Positions 19,037 through 26,984 of a DNA stretch of 64,000 nt are shown here, one piece after another (the stretch's first letter is position 1; the number at the start of each line of letters is the position of its first letter). The stretch comes from an uncultured Chloroflexia bacterium (lineage in GTDB: Bacteria; Chloroflexota; Limnocylindria; Limnocylindrales; CSP1-4). Made by a program: the position numbers and the translations under genes. The notes beneath the pieces were generated by a model. That model worked only from the letters and a program-made list of their open reading frames with translations. It ran no database searches and was not told the origin of the DNA. Where the stretch lies: assembly GCA_963789725.1 (NCBI GenBank), contig CAWBLU010000003.1, positions 317,473 to 381,472 on the forward strand, read 5' to 3'.

Positions 19037-19882
19037 TTACGCCGCTGGGCCGAACCCACAGGTGACCTGGGTTGCTGCTAGATGGGTTGCGAAGGTGGAT
19101 TGGGCTGCCGCGATGGCAGCGACTCCCGCATTAATCTTGGCTACCGCTGCGTCCATCTTCTTCGCCTGTGCATTTGCGGCGGAAATCTGAGAATTGCCCT
19201 TGGCAATCCATGAATTCGCATCGGCCCACTGAAAATTGAAGGCCGCCTTGTACGCGTCGTAGTAGTCAGTGTTAGCCGCCGAGGTGGCAATTAGTCGGGC
19301 AGTCAGCGCCTTCTGCCAATCCGACCCTTGGGCGGTCGCGTTGTAGTTGGCCACCTGAAGGTCGTAGATGCTGTTCAGTTCGGCTGCGCTGGCGCTCAAC
19401 GCGTTGATGCAGGCTGTCTGTCGCTGTACCTGCCCGGCGAGCGTGGTTACCTGAGCCTGTGCACCCGTAAGCTGGCCCTTCGTCGTGGCGAGTTGGCCCT
19501 GCGTATCGGCCAGTTCGCTTTGGGTTGTAGCGAGCTGAGCCCGGGTTGTAGCGAGCTGACCCTGGGTACTCTGGAGATCGCTCCGATTGTGATTGAGATC
19601 GTTCACGGCAACTGCGGCGAAGGCTCCGGAGGCGATGACCAAGATCGCGAGCAAGCCAGCCAGTACCGGCAAGAATCGTCGACGGGCCACCGGGTGACGT
19701 GTCGACCAGGGCAGGGACGGCGCAAAGATCACGATCCGACTCGGCTCGGCGATTGGCGGCAGAGTCAACGCATTGGACCCGGCCCAATCGCTTACCGCCG
19801 GCGTCGTCTCCAACGGGGGCCGCGCCTCTGTCGCTGCTTCTGATATGGGTTCATACCGTGTGTCAAGAGGCCGCTGGTCCAT
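19037..19882 (-). CDS. membrane-anchored coiled-coil protein with QGQLATT-type repeats
   Basis: ATG at 19882 preceded by GAAGGAG. TM segment FLPVLAGLLAILVIASGAFAAVAV, then STQGQLATTRAQLATTQSELADTQGQLATTKGQLTGAQAQVTTLAGQ. Confidence 0.65.
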   Translation of the reverse strand: MDQRPLDTRYEPISEAATEARPPLETTPAVSDWAGSNALTLPPIAEPSRIVIFAPSLPWSTRHPVARRRFLPVLAGLLAILVIASGAFAAVAVNDLNHNRSDLQSTQGQLATTRAQLATTQSELADTQGQLATTKGQLTGAQAQVTTLAGQVQRQTACINALSASAAELNSIYDLQVANYNATAQGSDWQKALTARLIATSAANTDYYDAYKAAFNFQWADANSWIAKGNSQISAANAQAKKMDAAVAKINAGVAAIAAAQSTFATHLAATQVTCGFGPAA

Positions 19883-19966
19883 CTCCCGCACTCCTTCGCG
19901 TGTCTCTATGCGAGCGGCCGCCGACCCGACCAAGAGCGCCAGCCAACAATCCGTTGCACTCGCACT

Positions 19967-19996
19967 GAGTCTCGCGTGACCGAGTCTCGCGTGACC
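19967..19996. promoter_or_regulatory. tandem 15-bp direct repeat GAGTCTCGCGTGACC x2 upstream of the coiled-coil gene
   Basis: Exact head-to-tail duplication at 19967-19981 and 19982-19996, between the capsid-operon terminator and the next minus-strand gene. Confidence 0.4.
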
Positions 19997-20063
19997 GAAC
20001 GGGGATTCTCAGTACCCAACGGTCCTAGTCAGCAGCGCTGCTCACCTGCACCTGCGGCTAGGA

Positions 20064-20101
20064 CAAAAAAAGCCCCGGGAGAATGGCTAACTCCCGGGGC
20101 T
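20064..20101 (-). terminator. rho-independent terminator ending the capsid operon
   Basis: Minus strand: AGCCCCGGGAG-ttagccatt-CTCCCGGGGCT (11-bp perfect stem) followed by T7. It lies 40 nt after the capsid stop. Confidence 0.85.
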
Positions 20102-20141
20102 CTTGGTGGGGCGCGGGAAGCCGCTCGCCGCGCCTTGTGAT

Positions 20142-21107
20142 TTACGCCTGTCCAGAGGTCAGGACGCTAGCTTGAGTCTCGACAATCACGCCTTTGTAGC
20201 CTGCGGCCGAGAGCACGCTTGCCCCGATCCATGCCTTTACGCCCACGTCAAGAATTTGCTTGAGCGGGTCACCGTGGCCACCCGGAGGCGTCACGATTAC
20301 CTCGACCGTGGAAACGTCTCCCATGCCGAGGAAGCCGGGACCGTAGACATAGCTGCGAATGACATCCTTGCCGGATGTAGCCGTGGCATACGAGCCGACG
20401 ACCGTACTCGAAAGGATGCGGGCGCCCGCAAAGGTTCCCACCTCGCCGGCCAGTAGAGGCTCATTGTCCACGTACTTCGTGGAGTCGAGGAAACCGCCAA
20501 CGGCGGAATCGGTCGAGAGGTCGATGATCGCCCTGGGCGACATGATCGCCCGGTAGTAACCATCGGTGAACGGGGCCACGTTAGTCATCCTGAGGCGGCC
20601 GACTGCCTGCTTGAGAAGGAGGCCGGTCATCTTGGAGTCAACGGTGGAGCGCGAGACTGCGGCGGAGGTACCGCCGTAGATGATGTTGGTTGATGCCGTC
20701 ATGGCGTTCATGGCGATCAATGCAGTTGTGTCGATGCACTCAGCCGCCCAACGGGCGGCCTTCTCGGCAGCCACGGAAGCGAGCTGGTGCGGCGATTCAA
20801 ACTGCGCCAGGTCGGTGATCTGAATGAGCTTGCCGCGCTGAGTGGCGGAGAAGCTATCGATACTGATGGTCAGGCCGACGCCAGCGGGGGCGACGCCTTC
20901 CACGAGGGCCGTGGACGTGTCGGCTACATAAGCGATGTCACCGTACGCGGCCTTCACGAAGGTATTGGTTCCCGGCTCATGGCGAAAGTCGTCAAAGCTG
21001 CCAGGAGTGGCAAAGACGAGAGCGCTTCTCAGCGCCTCTTCGAGACGCTTCTCGACCATGTCCTGGACGAGGTCGGCGAAGTTGCTGGTAGCAGTGGTGA
21101 GGGCCAT
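20142..21107 (-). CDS. HK97-fold major capsid protein (resembles the N4-gp56 MCP family)
   Basis: 321 aa. Overall pattern (...SIDSFSATQRGKLIQITDLAQFES..., ...APFTDGYYRAIMSPRAIIDL..., ...GEVGTFAGARILSS..., ...PPGGHGDPLKQILDVGVKAW...) matches my recollection of this MCP family. RBS AAGGA lies 8 nt upstream. Confidence 0.75.
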   Translation of the reverse strand: MALTTATSNFADLVQDMVEKRLEEALRSALVFATPGSFDDFRHEPGTNTFVKAAYGDIAYVADTSTALVEGVAPAGVGLTISIDSFSATQRGKLIQITDLAQFESPHQLASVAAEKAARWAAECIDTTALIAMNAMTASTNIIYGGTSAAVSRSTVDSKMTGLLLKQAVGRLRMTNVAPFTDGYYRAIMSPRAIIDLSTDSAVGGFLDSTKYVDNEPLLAGEVGTFAGARILSSTVVGSYATATSGKDVIRSYVYGPGFLGMGDVSTVEVIVTPPGGHGDPLKQILDVGVKAWIGASVLSAAGYKGVIVETQASVLTSGQA

Positions 21108-21149
21108 CGGATCATCCTTTCGGACGTATGCGTTCGATAGCCCACGAGG

Positions 21150-21455
21150 TCACCGCCGGCGCGGAGTGTCCATGCCGAATTCCTCCCAACTGGCGTTTCG
21201 CAACGCTTCCTCAGGATCGGGCGGGCGATATGACTGCCGGGGTGCACGGTTGGGGTCGATGCGCGGTTCGGGGCGGGACTCTAGAGCGGCTTGAGCAGCG
21301 GCGAGGTCGGCTTCAGCAGCCGCGGCTCGTCTCAGCGCTTCGTCGCGCTCGTTCGTTCGCTTCCCAAGGCTGGCCATCAACTTGTTTACGCGGCCTGCGA
21401 TGTCCGCACCATCTTGCGAGTCGCCTTCCGGCTCCTGCGAATACTGGTCCGACAT
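21150..21455 (-). CDS. acidic coiled-coil protein, possible scaffolding protein
   Basis: 101 aa, directly upstream of the MCP gene with a 42-nt gap. Acidic N-terminus and an alanine-rich helix (RRAAAAEADLAAAQAALE). Function is inferred from position only. Confidence 0.45.
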   Translation of the reverse strand: MSDQYSQEPEGDSQDGADIAGRVNKLMASLGKRTNERDEALRRAAAAEADLAAAQAALESRPEPRIDPNRAPRQSYRPPDPEEALRNASWEEFGMDTPRRR

Positions 21456-22694
21456 TGTGTCCGTATACCTCTCGTGGTGGGCCGTTGTTTAGTAAACGGC
21501 TCGGGGCTAACATACACCGTGAATGCAAGAGCGCGCCCCACGGCCTGACAGCCTCTACCGCACACCGTTGATAAGTGTGCAAGAGCCCGACGCGGACGAG
21601 TGTCTATGTGTGGCGTGCCGCGACTTGAGGGCCGCGCTGGACCGTCATACGGAAGCCATCAGGAAGGGACTCGGACATACCACGAGAGGGGCCGTTCGAT
21701 CCGCTGCCGCTCGGGCTGACGTACGACACGGCCTCCAATGGTTGCCCGTTGTTTCGCGCGAGCCAGAGGAACAGAAGCCCGAGAGGGTGAAAGATCCCGT
21801 TCGTGTGGCGATGGGACTCCGAGGCGTGGCGACCCGGAGACGTAACGCGGCCCTATGGGGCGTCTAGGAGCCACGCAGAGCGACGTTTGCCCGAGAGGTG
21901 GGGAAAATGGGCACCTGTCGGGTTTCTGACACCTGACGAATGGGTACAAATGTACCCAGCAAGCGCCGCCACTGTGACGGCATAGCGGCGTGGTGGCGTG
22001 CCGTTGTAGTGGCGTTGCTGTGCAAGGGGGTTGCTCTGCGGAGGTCTGCTCTTCGCCCCTCGCGCCTTGCCGGCCAACAAATGCTGTGCCCCGCCGTCCC
22101 GGCCTCGTGGAATTCTCGCGGCGCGGCCCCCTCTCTACGTGGGATCGAGCAACTAACAACGGCACGGCGGGCAGCCGAGCCACGCTCGCGCAGCCACGGA
22201 TAGAGTCATACGCCAAGGAGGCAGTCGCTCTATCGGATGAGGCCAGGCAGGGGCTCTAGGGTGTGCAGGTGGCCAGGGTGCAGAGGGGTGGGAGCGGCGA
22301 GAGTAGGACGAACCCTCCATCGCAGCGCAGGCCGCACCGCACACCGAAAGGGCCGCAGTGCCGCGCTTTCCTACCTTCTATGCGCAGCCGGGCCTGCACC
22401 CGGTCCCTCTTGCACACTTGCACACCATCGCTCCTGCTGCCGCAAGCACTCCGGGGTTGCCACACCCTCGCCACACGCCAGCACCCGGACAGGGTTCTCC
22501 AGAACCCCGCCCGGGGCCGCCGCTCCGGTCCTCCACATGCTCGTTTGCATCCGCTCGCGCATCTCGCTCCTCATTGGGTGCGCCCAGCAGAATCTGCAAG
22601 GGAGACGCGTCTCGGGTGGGTGGGTCCAATTGGCCGGCCACAGATGGTTGTCCTCTGCGACGAGGGTAGAGTTCCGTGCGCTCAGGGGGCCAGA

Positions 22695-22881
22695 TGATGC
22701 GTTCAGGTGATGCGTTCGGGCCTTGGAGCCCTCGGGGCGACGTGATGCGCGGCTTGATGCGTTCGCGCTCATGGGGTGATGCGTCGGGTGATGCGTTCAC
22801 GAAGGCGACGTGATGCGCGGCTTGATGCGTACCGCGAACGCATCATCGGGGGCAACCCTATGGTTGCCCCATGATGCGTTC
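22695..22881. promoter_or_regulatory. iteron array / candidate replication origin
   Basis: TGATGCGTTC or close variants at 22695, 22708, 22743, 22755, 22777, 22789, 22811, 22823 and 22872 (direct), and at 22836-22845 (inverted). A 9-bp-stem hairpin sits at 22849-22870. The 27-29-bp block GGCGACGTGATGCGCGGCTTGATGCGT is duplicated (about 22735 and 22803). Confidence 0.65.
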
Positions 22882-22896
22882 GCTGGTCAGCCGGGG

Positions 22897-23874
22897 CTAC
22901 TTGGTAGCCCATGTGTGGGGCCTCTTGGTCGGGTCCATGACGAACCGTTGAGGGTTCCGACTGAGGTCCAGCCGGAGGTATTGCTCGCTCACGATGCGGG
23001 CGGTGTCTTCCTTGATCGCCGCCGCGATCTGCTTGACGTTCAGGTTGGGGGTGACTGCCAGGACGGCGGCCGCCAGGTCGGCGAAGCTCTGGCGCGGCGG
23101 GGTAGAGGAGGTCTCGATCGTGCCGTCGGGAAAGAAGCTGAAGGTGACGAACTGGGGCGGGTACTTGGCCCGGCCGTTGGCCTTGCGGTTGCGGAGTTCG
23201 AGTTCGACGGTGTGCGGACCGAAAGCGATGAGGTCGGGGTCCGAGTCTTCGGCCTGGTCTCCGATCGCCTCTACTGCCCACGTCTCGCGGGCCAGGTTGT
23301 GAACGAAGACGCTGCCGAACGGACGAGCTGGCCACTTCTCGGCCGCGCCGGCGACGTGGGCGATGGTCAGGCTCGGTAGTCCGATCCGGGTTAGGGCGGT
23401 GAAGTACTCCTGCGCGGCCTGCTTGCCGCCCATGGCGTCGCCGCTCGACGTGGCGACGGAGTAGCTATCGACTACGAGGTAGGTGGCATCGAGTCGATAT
23501 CGCTCGACGCGGAGCAGGTCGGCGACCTCATCGAGCGAACCGCGATCGGCCAGCCAGTCGGGCCCAAAGGGGGCCCGGTAGTGGACGTGATCGAGTTCCT
23601 CGTCGCTGAGTCCGAGACCGCGAAGCCGCGAGCCCCATTCCCGCTCGTGGCCCTCGAAGTCCACCAGCAGGACGACGTGGCCCGCTCTGACGAGCCGGTT
23701 GATTAGGTGGCAGGTGAATACGCCTTTGCCCGTGCCGCCGGGACCGAAGATCACGGTTGCGTCTTCGGGAGTCAGGTAAGGCTCGGCGAGTTGATCCGGT
23801 GGAACGCCAAACAGAAGATCGCGCGCCGTACGGGTGCCGATGGAGGGGAGGCGCTTGAGCGGTTCGGCGATCAT
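22897..23874 (-). CDS. P-loop RecA-like replicative helicase/ATPase (RepA / AAA_25-like)
   Basis: Walker A GPGGTGKG, Walker B VVLLVDFEG. ATG at 23874 overlaps the prim-pol stop (ATGA). Confidence 0.8.
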   Translation of the reverse strand: MIAEPLKRLPSIGTRTARDLLFGVPPDQLAEPYLTPEDATVIFGPGGTGKGVFTCHLINRLVRAGHVVLLVDFEGHEREWGSRLRGLGLSDEELDHVHYRAPFGPDWLADRGSLDEVADLLRVERYRLDATYLVVDSYSVATSSGDAMGGKQAAQEYFTALTRIGLPSLTIAHVAGAAEKWPARPFGSVFVHNLARETWAVEAIGDQAEDSDPDLIAFGPHTVELELRNRKANGRAKYPPQFVTFSFFPDGTIETSSTPPRQSFADLAAAVLAVTPNLNVKQIAAAIKEDTARIVSEQYLRLDLSRNPQRFVMDPTKRPHTWATK

Positions 23875-24770
23875 GCTGCCGCCGCCAGTCGAGCGGCCTG
23901 CCAGGCCGTGATACCGCGTCCGTCTTCGTAGGCTGGGCAGGTTGTCGCATGACACCATGCCCGCCGATCGTCGGCGGCAATCTTCATCGACGGATTCCGG
24001 TCCGGGTGGAATGGGCAGCGGATCGACTGGCCCGGCCTGACGGCCAGCCCGAACCGCTCCGCCAGAACTGCGCAGATCCCGCCGTCGTTGTCGCGATCAT
24101 CACGATGGTCATGGCGAATCGATCGCTGCGGCGGTGTACGGGGCACGTGACGTTCGGCCAGGCTGGCGATGGCGGCGGGGTCCGCCAGCTCGAGCGCCAG
24201 GAGCGCCCCGGCGACCTTGGAATGGAGGGGCGCTCCGGTAGGCGGATCGAGCAGCCCAAACCGCTCGTGCGTTGCGGGATGGGCCATCCAGGGCGCGCGG
24301 AGCGAGCCACCGGCATACGCGCTCGTTGCCCGGTCCGTGTTCGGCCGGAGTTCGATGCGCTTATCGGTTGGGTCCAGCCCGGCCGCCTCGATCGCTGCCA
24401 GCAGCGCCCGCCGCCCGACGATCGCGGGCACGGCCTCACTGGCGACGATCCAGATATGCCCGCCCCGGCGCGAGTGCTCCGGGTAGCAGGCCACGCCCGC
24501 GGCGAGCAGGGCCGAGACGATCGCCTTGACGCCTGACCACTCATCAGCGTCAACGTCCACGGCCAGGACGTGCGTCGACTCCTCGTTGAGAAAGAACACG
24601 GAGAGCGGAGGTCCGTCGGCCGCGAGTGCGGCGACGATGATCTCCGTCGTTGGCTCGCCGGAACACGGCAGCCAGTGATCGGCGGCGGTGTCCCATACGG
24701 AATAGCGGGGTCCAGATGAGAAGGTGGTCCAGTAGAGGCTGGCCACGTCTTCCGGTCGATAGGCGGTCAT
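23871..24770 (-). CDS. bifunctional DNA primase/polymerase (prim-pol) with C-terminal CHC2 zinc finger
   Basis: VLAVDVDADE (DxD) and RRGGHIWIV prim-pol motifs. CPFHPDRNPSMKI...WCHATTC zinc finger. Confidence 0.85.
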   Translation of the reverse strand: MTAYRPEDVASLYWTTFSSGPRYSVWDTAADHWLPCSGEPTTEIIVAALAADGPPLSVFFLNEESTHVLAVDVDADEWSGVKAIVSALLAAGVACYPEHSRRGGHIWIVASEAVPAIVGRRALLAAIEAAGLDPTDKRIELRPNTDRATSAYAGGSLRAPWMAHPATHERFGLLDPPTGAPLHSKVAGALLALELADPAAIASLAERHVPRTPPQRSIRHDHRDDRDNDGGICAVLAERFGLAVRPGQSIRCPFHPDRNPSMKIAADDRRAWCHATTCPAYEDGRGITAWQAARLAAAA

Positions 24771-25147
24771 GCGTCACCGTCCATCGCCAGGTCGGCAAGG
24801 CGACCGGCCAGGTTGCGGAACACGGCGGCGGTTGCCGCATCGCCTCGGTCCTCGGCGAGTTGCGCGGCGAACTCACAGCGATCGACCATTGCCGAGAGTT
24901 GCCCATCGTCGGAGTGCCGATCGACAACGCGGCCAACTTCGGGGTTGATGCCCCATTGGATCGCACGGCTGACGGCCTGTGCCGTCCGGAGTCGAGCCTC
25001 GTACGTGTTGATCTCGGCTCGCACTGCGTCGATCTGCACGCGTTGGTCGGCGATGTGAATGAGGCGACCTTTGATCTCGGGATCGTCTCGCAGGTGCTCG
25101 GGTACTTCGGGCAGGGCAGTATGATTACGAGGGGTTGACGCTGACAC
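24767..25147 (-). CDS. hypothetical protein (126 aa)
   Basis: GTG at 25147 preceded by GGGAGG. The stop overlaps the prim-pol start (ATGA). Confidence 0.5.
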   Translation of the reverse strand: MSASTPRNHTALPEVPEHLRDDPEIKGRLIHIADQRVQIDAVRAEINTYEARLRTAQAVSRAIQWGINPEVGRVVDRHSDDGQLSAMVDRCEFAAQLAEDRGDAATAAVFRNLAGRLADLAMDGDA

Positions 25148-25439
25148 GTCGGCCTCCCTCGGACGCCACCGGACTCTGACCTTCGGTGGCGTCTTCTCGT
25201 ATGGTCTTGGAGCGGGACGCTCGCAAAGCAAGCGAAGCCATGTAGCTCTTGCGAGCGTAGGCGGCACGGCGGGCGCGCTCGTCCGGGGCTAGAGTGCCGT
25301 CCGGATCGACTTGCCGCTCGAACCGCTCAAGGAACTTGGCCGTAGCTGCCCGGGTGTTAGTGCCGCCTTGGCTGTGTAAGGCATAGGCAGCCGCGCGGGC
25401 GCGCAACGTCCGTTGCTTTGGAGTGAGGCTGACAACCAT
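25125..25439 (-). CDS. hypothetical basic protein (104 aa)
   Basis: ORF with protein-like composition in the integrase-replication module. No family assigned. Confidence 0.5.
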   Translation of the reverse strand: MVVSLTPKQRTLRARAAAYALHSQGGTNTRAATAKFLERFERQVDPDGTLAPDERARRAAYARKSYMASLALRASRSKTIREDATEGQSPVASEGGRRVSVNPS

Positions 25440-25579
25440 GTGCGACTCCAGCCCGACGCCTCAACGTCTGGCGAGTCACCCGGCTGGGCCTCTACGTGGT
25501 CCCCAGTTGTCGGAGGAACTTCGATCTATGCTCTGATTCTAGCACGCCGATTGTGCGCGGTGCTTATCTACCGCCCATA

Positions 25580-25972
25580 TCAGGTCCACGGCCTGCGCAT
25601 CTTGGATACGTGGACGGCTTGGCCTCGGTCACATATGGGCTCGGGACAGTGGACGTAGAAATCCGTTCGTGTCTTCAGTCCGCCAGCCGATCCCCGAACG
25701 ATGCTCCCGCCGACCTCGACCGAAAGGTTGTGCCTGATGGGGTCAGTGCGCCCCGGCCTCTTGGGCGGTCCATATTGCGGGAGCCCCGTCGCCGCGTGGA
25801 TAGTGCCTCTGGCCACGAGGCGCGACGAAAGGGCGACATACCAGCGCGGGTTTGGGTCGCGTCCGGGTATGTCGCTGTTGCTGGCTTCGGCGAGACGCTT
25901 ACCGCATGAGTAGCAGTTCGCATACGTCCACGAACCGTCGCCGTCGTAGACGGCCTCTCTTGTCTCGGTCAT
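25580..25972 (-). CDS. hypothetical Cys-containing protein (130 aa)
   Basis: CYSCGK ... CPEPIC suggests a zinc ribbon. The ATG overlaps the integrase stop (ATGA at 25969-25972). Confidence 0.5.
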   Translation of the reverse strand: MTETREAVYDGDGSWTYANCYSCGKRLAEASNSDIPGRDPNPRWYVALSSRLVARGTIHAATGLPQYGPPKRPGRTDPIRHNLSVEVGGSIVRGSAGGLKTRTDFYVHCPEPICDRGQAVHVSKMRRPWT

Positions 25973-26874
25973 AGCCGGTCGGCCGGCGAGCGGTAGTTCG
26001 CGCGGGCTCGCTCATCTGCTGCGCTCGCTCCGTAACGGTTCAACATCTGGCGGCTGCGCCAACCTGCCAACCGCATCAAGTCGCCTTCCTGCCCACCGTC
26101 GGCCAACCACGTATGCGCGAAGCCGTGACGGAATTGATGCGCGTGAATTCTCGGGAGACCGGCAGCAGCGGCGCGCTTGGCGATCATCTGCCCGAATGCC
26201 GAGACGGTCAGGGGGCCATCCTGCCCGAGCCACAGTTCCTCACGGTCGGCGTAGCGGTGGCTCTTGCGTAGACGTAGGTACCTGTCGATCGCAATGGCGG
26301 TCTTCGTGCCGAAGCGGACGGCGCGGGTGTGCCCGCCCTTGCCGGTGACGTAGGCGAGGCGGTCCTTCAGTTCGACATCGGCGAGCTTCAGTCCCGCCAG
26401 TTCGCCCCGGCGGATGCCGGTATCGAACAAGACGTAGAGGATCGCGGCATCGCGGCGGTCCACGATCTCCCGCCCGGTCGTGGTCTTGAGGATCTTGAGG
26501 AAGTCGGCATTGGCCACGAGCGGCACCGGCTTATCGGGGACGCGGGGAGCCTTCATCTTCTCCATCGGGCTCCGGTCGATCTCGTCTTCCTCTGCCGCCC
26601 ATCGCCAGAACTGCTGCAAAGCCCTGAATTCAATCGATAGGGTCGCCGGGGCCACCGTCTCGCGCCTCTCGGCAAAGTAGCTCTCGACGTGTTCTCTCCG
26701 GACGGCCCGCGTCCCGGTCGGCATCCCCTTGGCTTCGAGGTGCCCGATCAGGTGATCGAGCGCGGCTAGGTAGATCCGGTTCGTCTTCGGAGAGCGGTCT
26801 GCCGCTAGGTGTAGCGCGAAACTGTCGCGTAGACTGAGGAGCGCATCGGGCGCCCGAGTCGAGGTTTGCACCAT
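25969..26874 (-). CDS. int: tyrosine recombinase / phage-type integrase
   Basis: N-terminal SAM-like core-binding domain. Catalytic residues in GIRRGELAGL (R), HQFRHGFAH (HxxR) and LAGWRSRQMLNRYGA (Y). Confidence 0.95.
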   Translation of the reverse strand: MVQTSTRAPDALLSLRDSFALHLAADRSPKTNRIYLAALDHLIGHLEAKGMPTGTRAVRREHVESYFAERRETVAPATLSIEFRALQQFWRWAAEEDEIDRSPMEKMKAPRVPDKPVPLVANADFLKILKTTTGREIVDRRDAAILYVLFDTGIRRGELAGLKLADVELKDRLAYVTGKGGHTRAVRFGTKTAIAIDRYLRLRKSHRYADREELWLGQDGPLTVSAFGQMIAKRAAAAGLPRIHAHQFRHGFAHTWLADGGQEGDLMRLAGWRSRQMLNRYGASAADERARANYRSPADRL

Positions 26875-26984
26875 GATTCACCACCTACTGTTAGTTGCTC
26901 AGTTGCTCGACGTGCTAACTGTAGAGCGGGCGAATCAGGGGGTCAAGACGAGACTTTCACGCTCAATGTGAGCAACCGCCTAGT

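Noticed and set aside
20142-21107. Capsid-fold protein as an encapsulin nanocompartment shell
   Set aside because: Not fully excluded. However, the gene sits inside an att-bounded element with integrase, replication genes and a scaffold-like partner. No cargo enzyme is adjacent, and the sequence does not resemble family-1 encapsulins as I remember them.
21523-21867. 114-aa plus-strand ORF (contains CLCVACRDLRAALDRH) in the element's gap as a possible repressor
   Set aside because: Third-codon positions are mixed (many A/T-ending rare codons), no RBS is visible and it is Arg-rich. It is kept only as part of the ORF-free-region finding.
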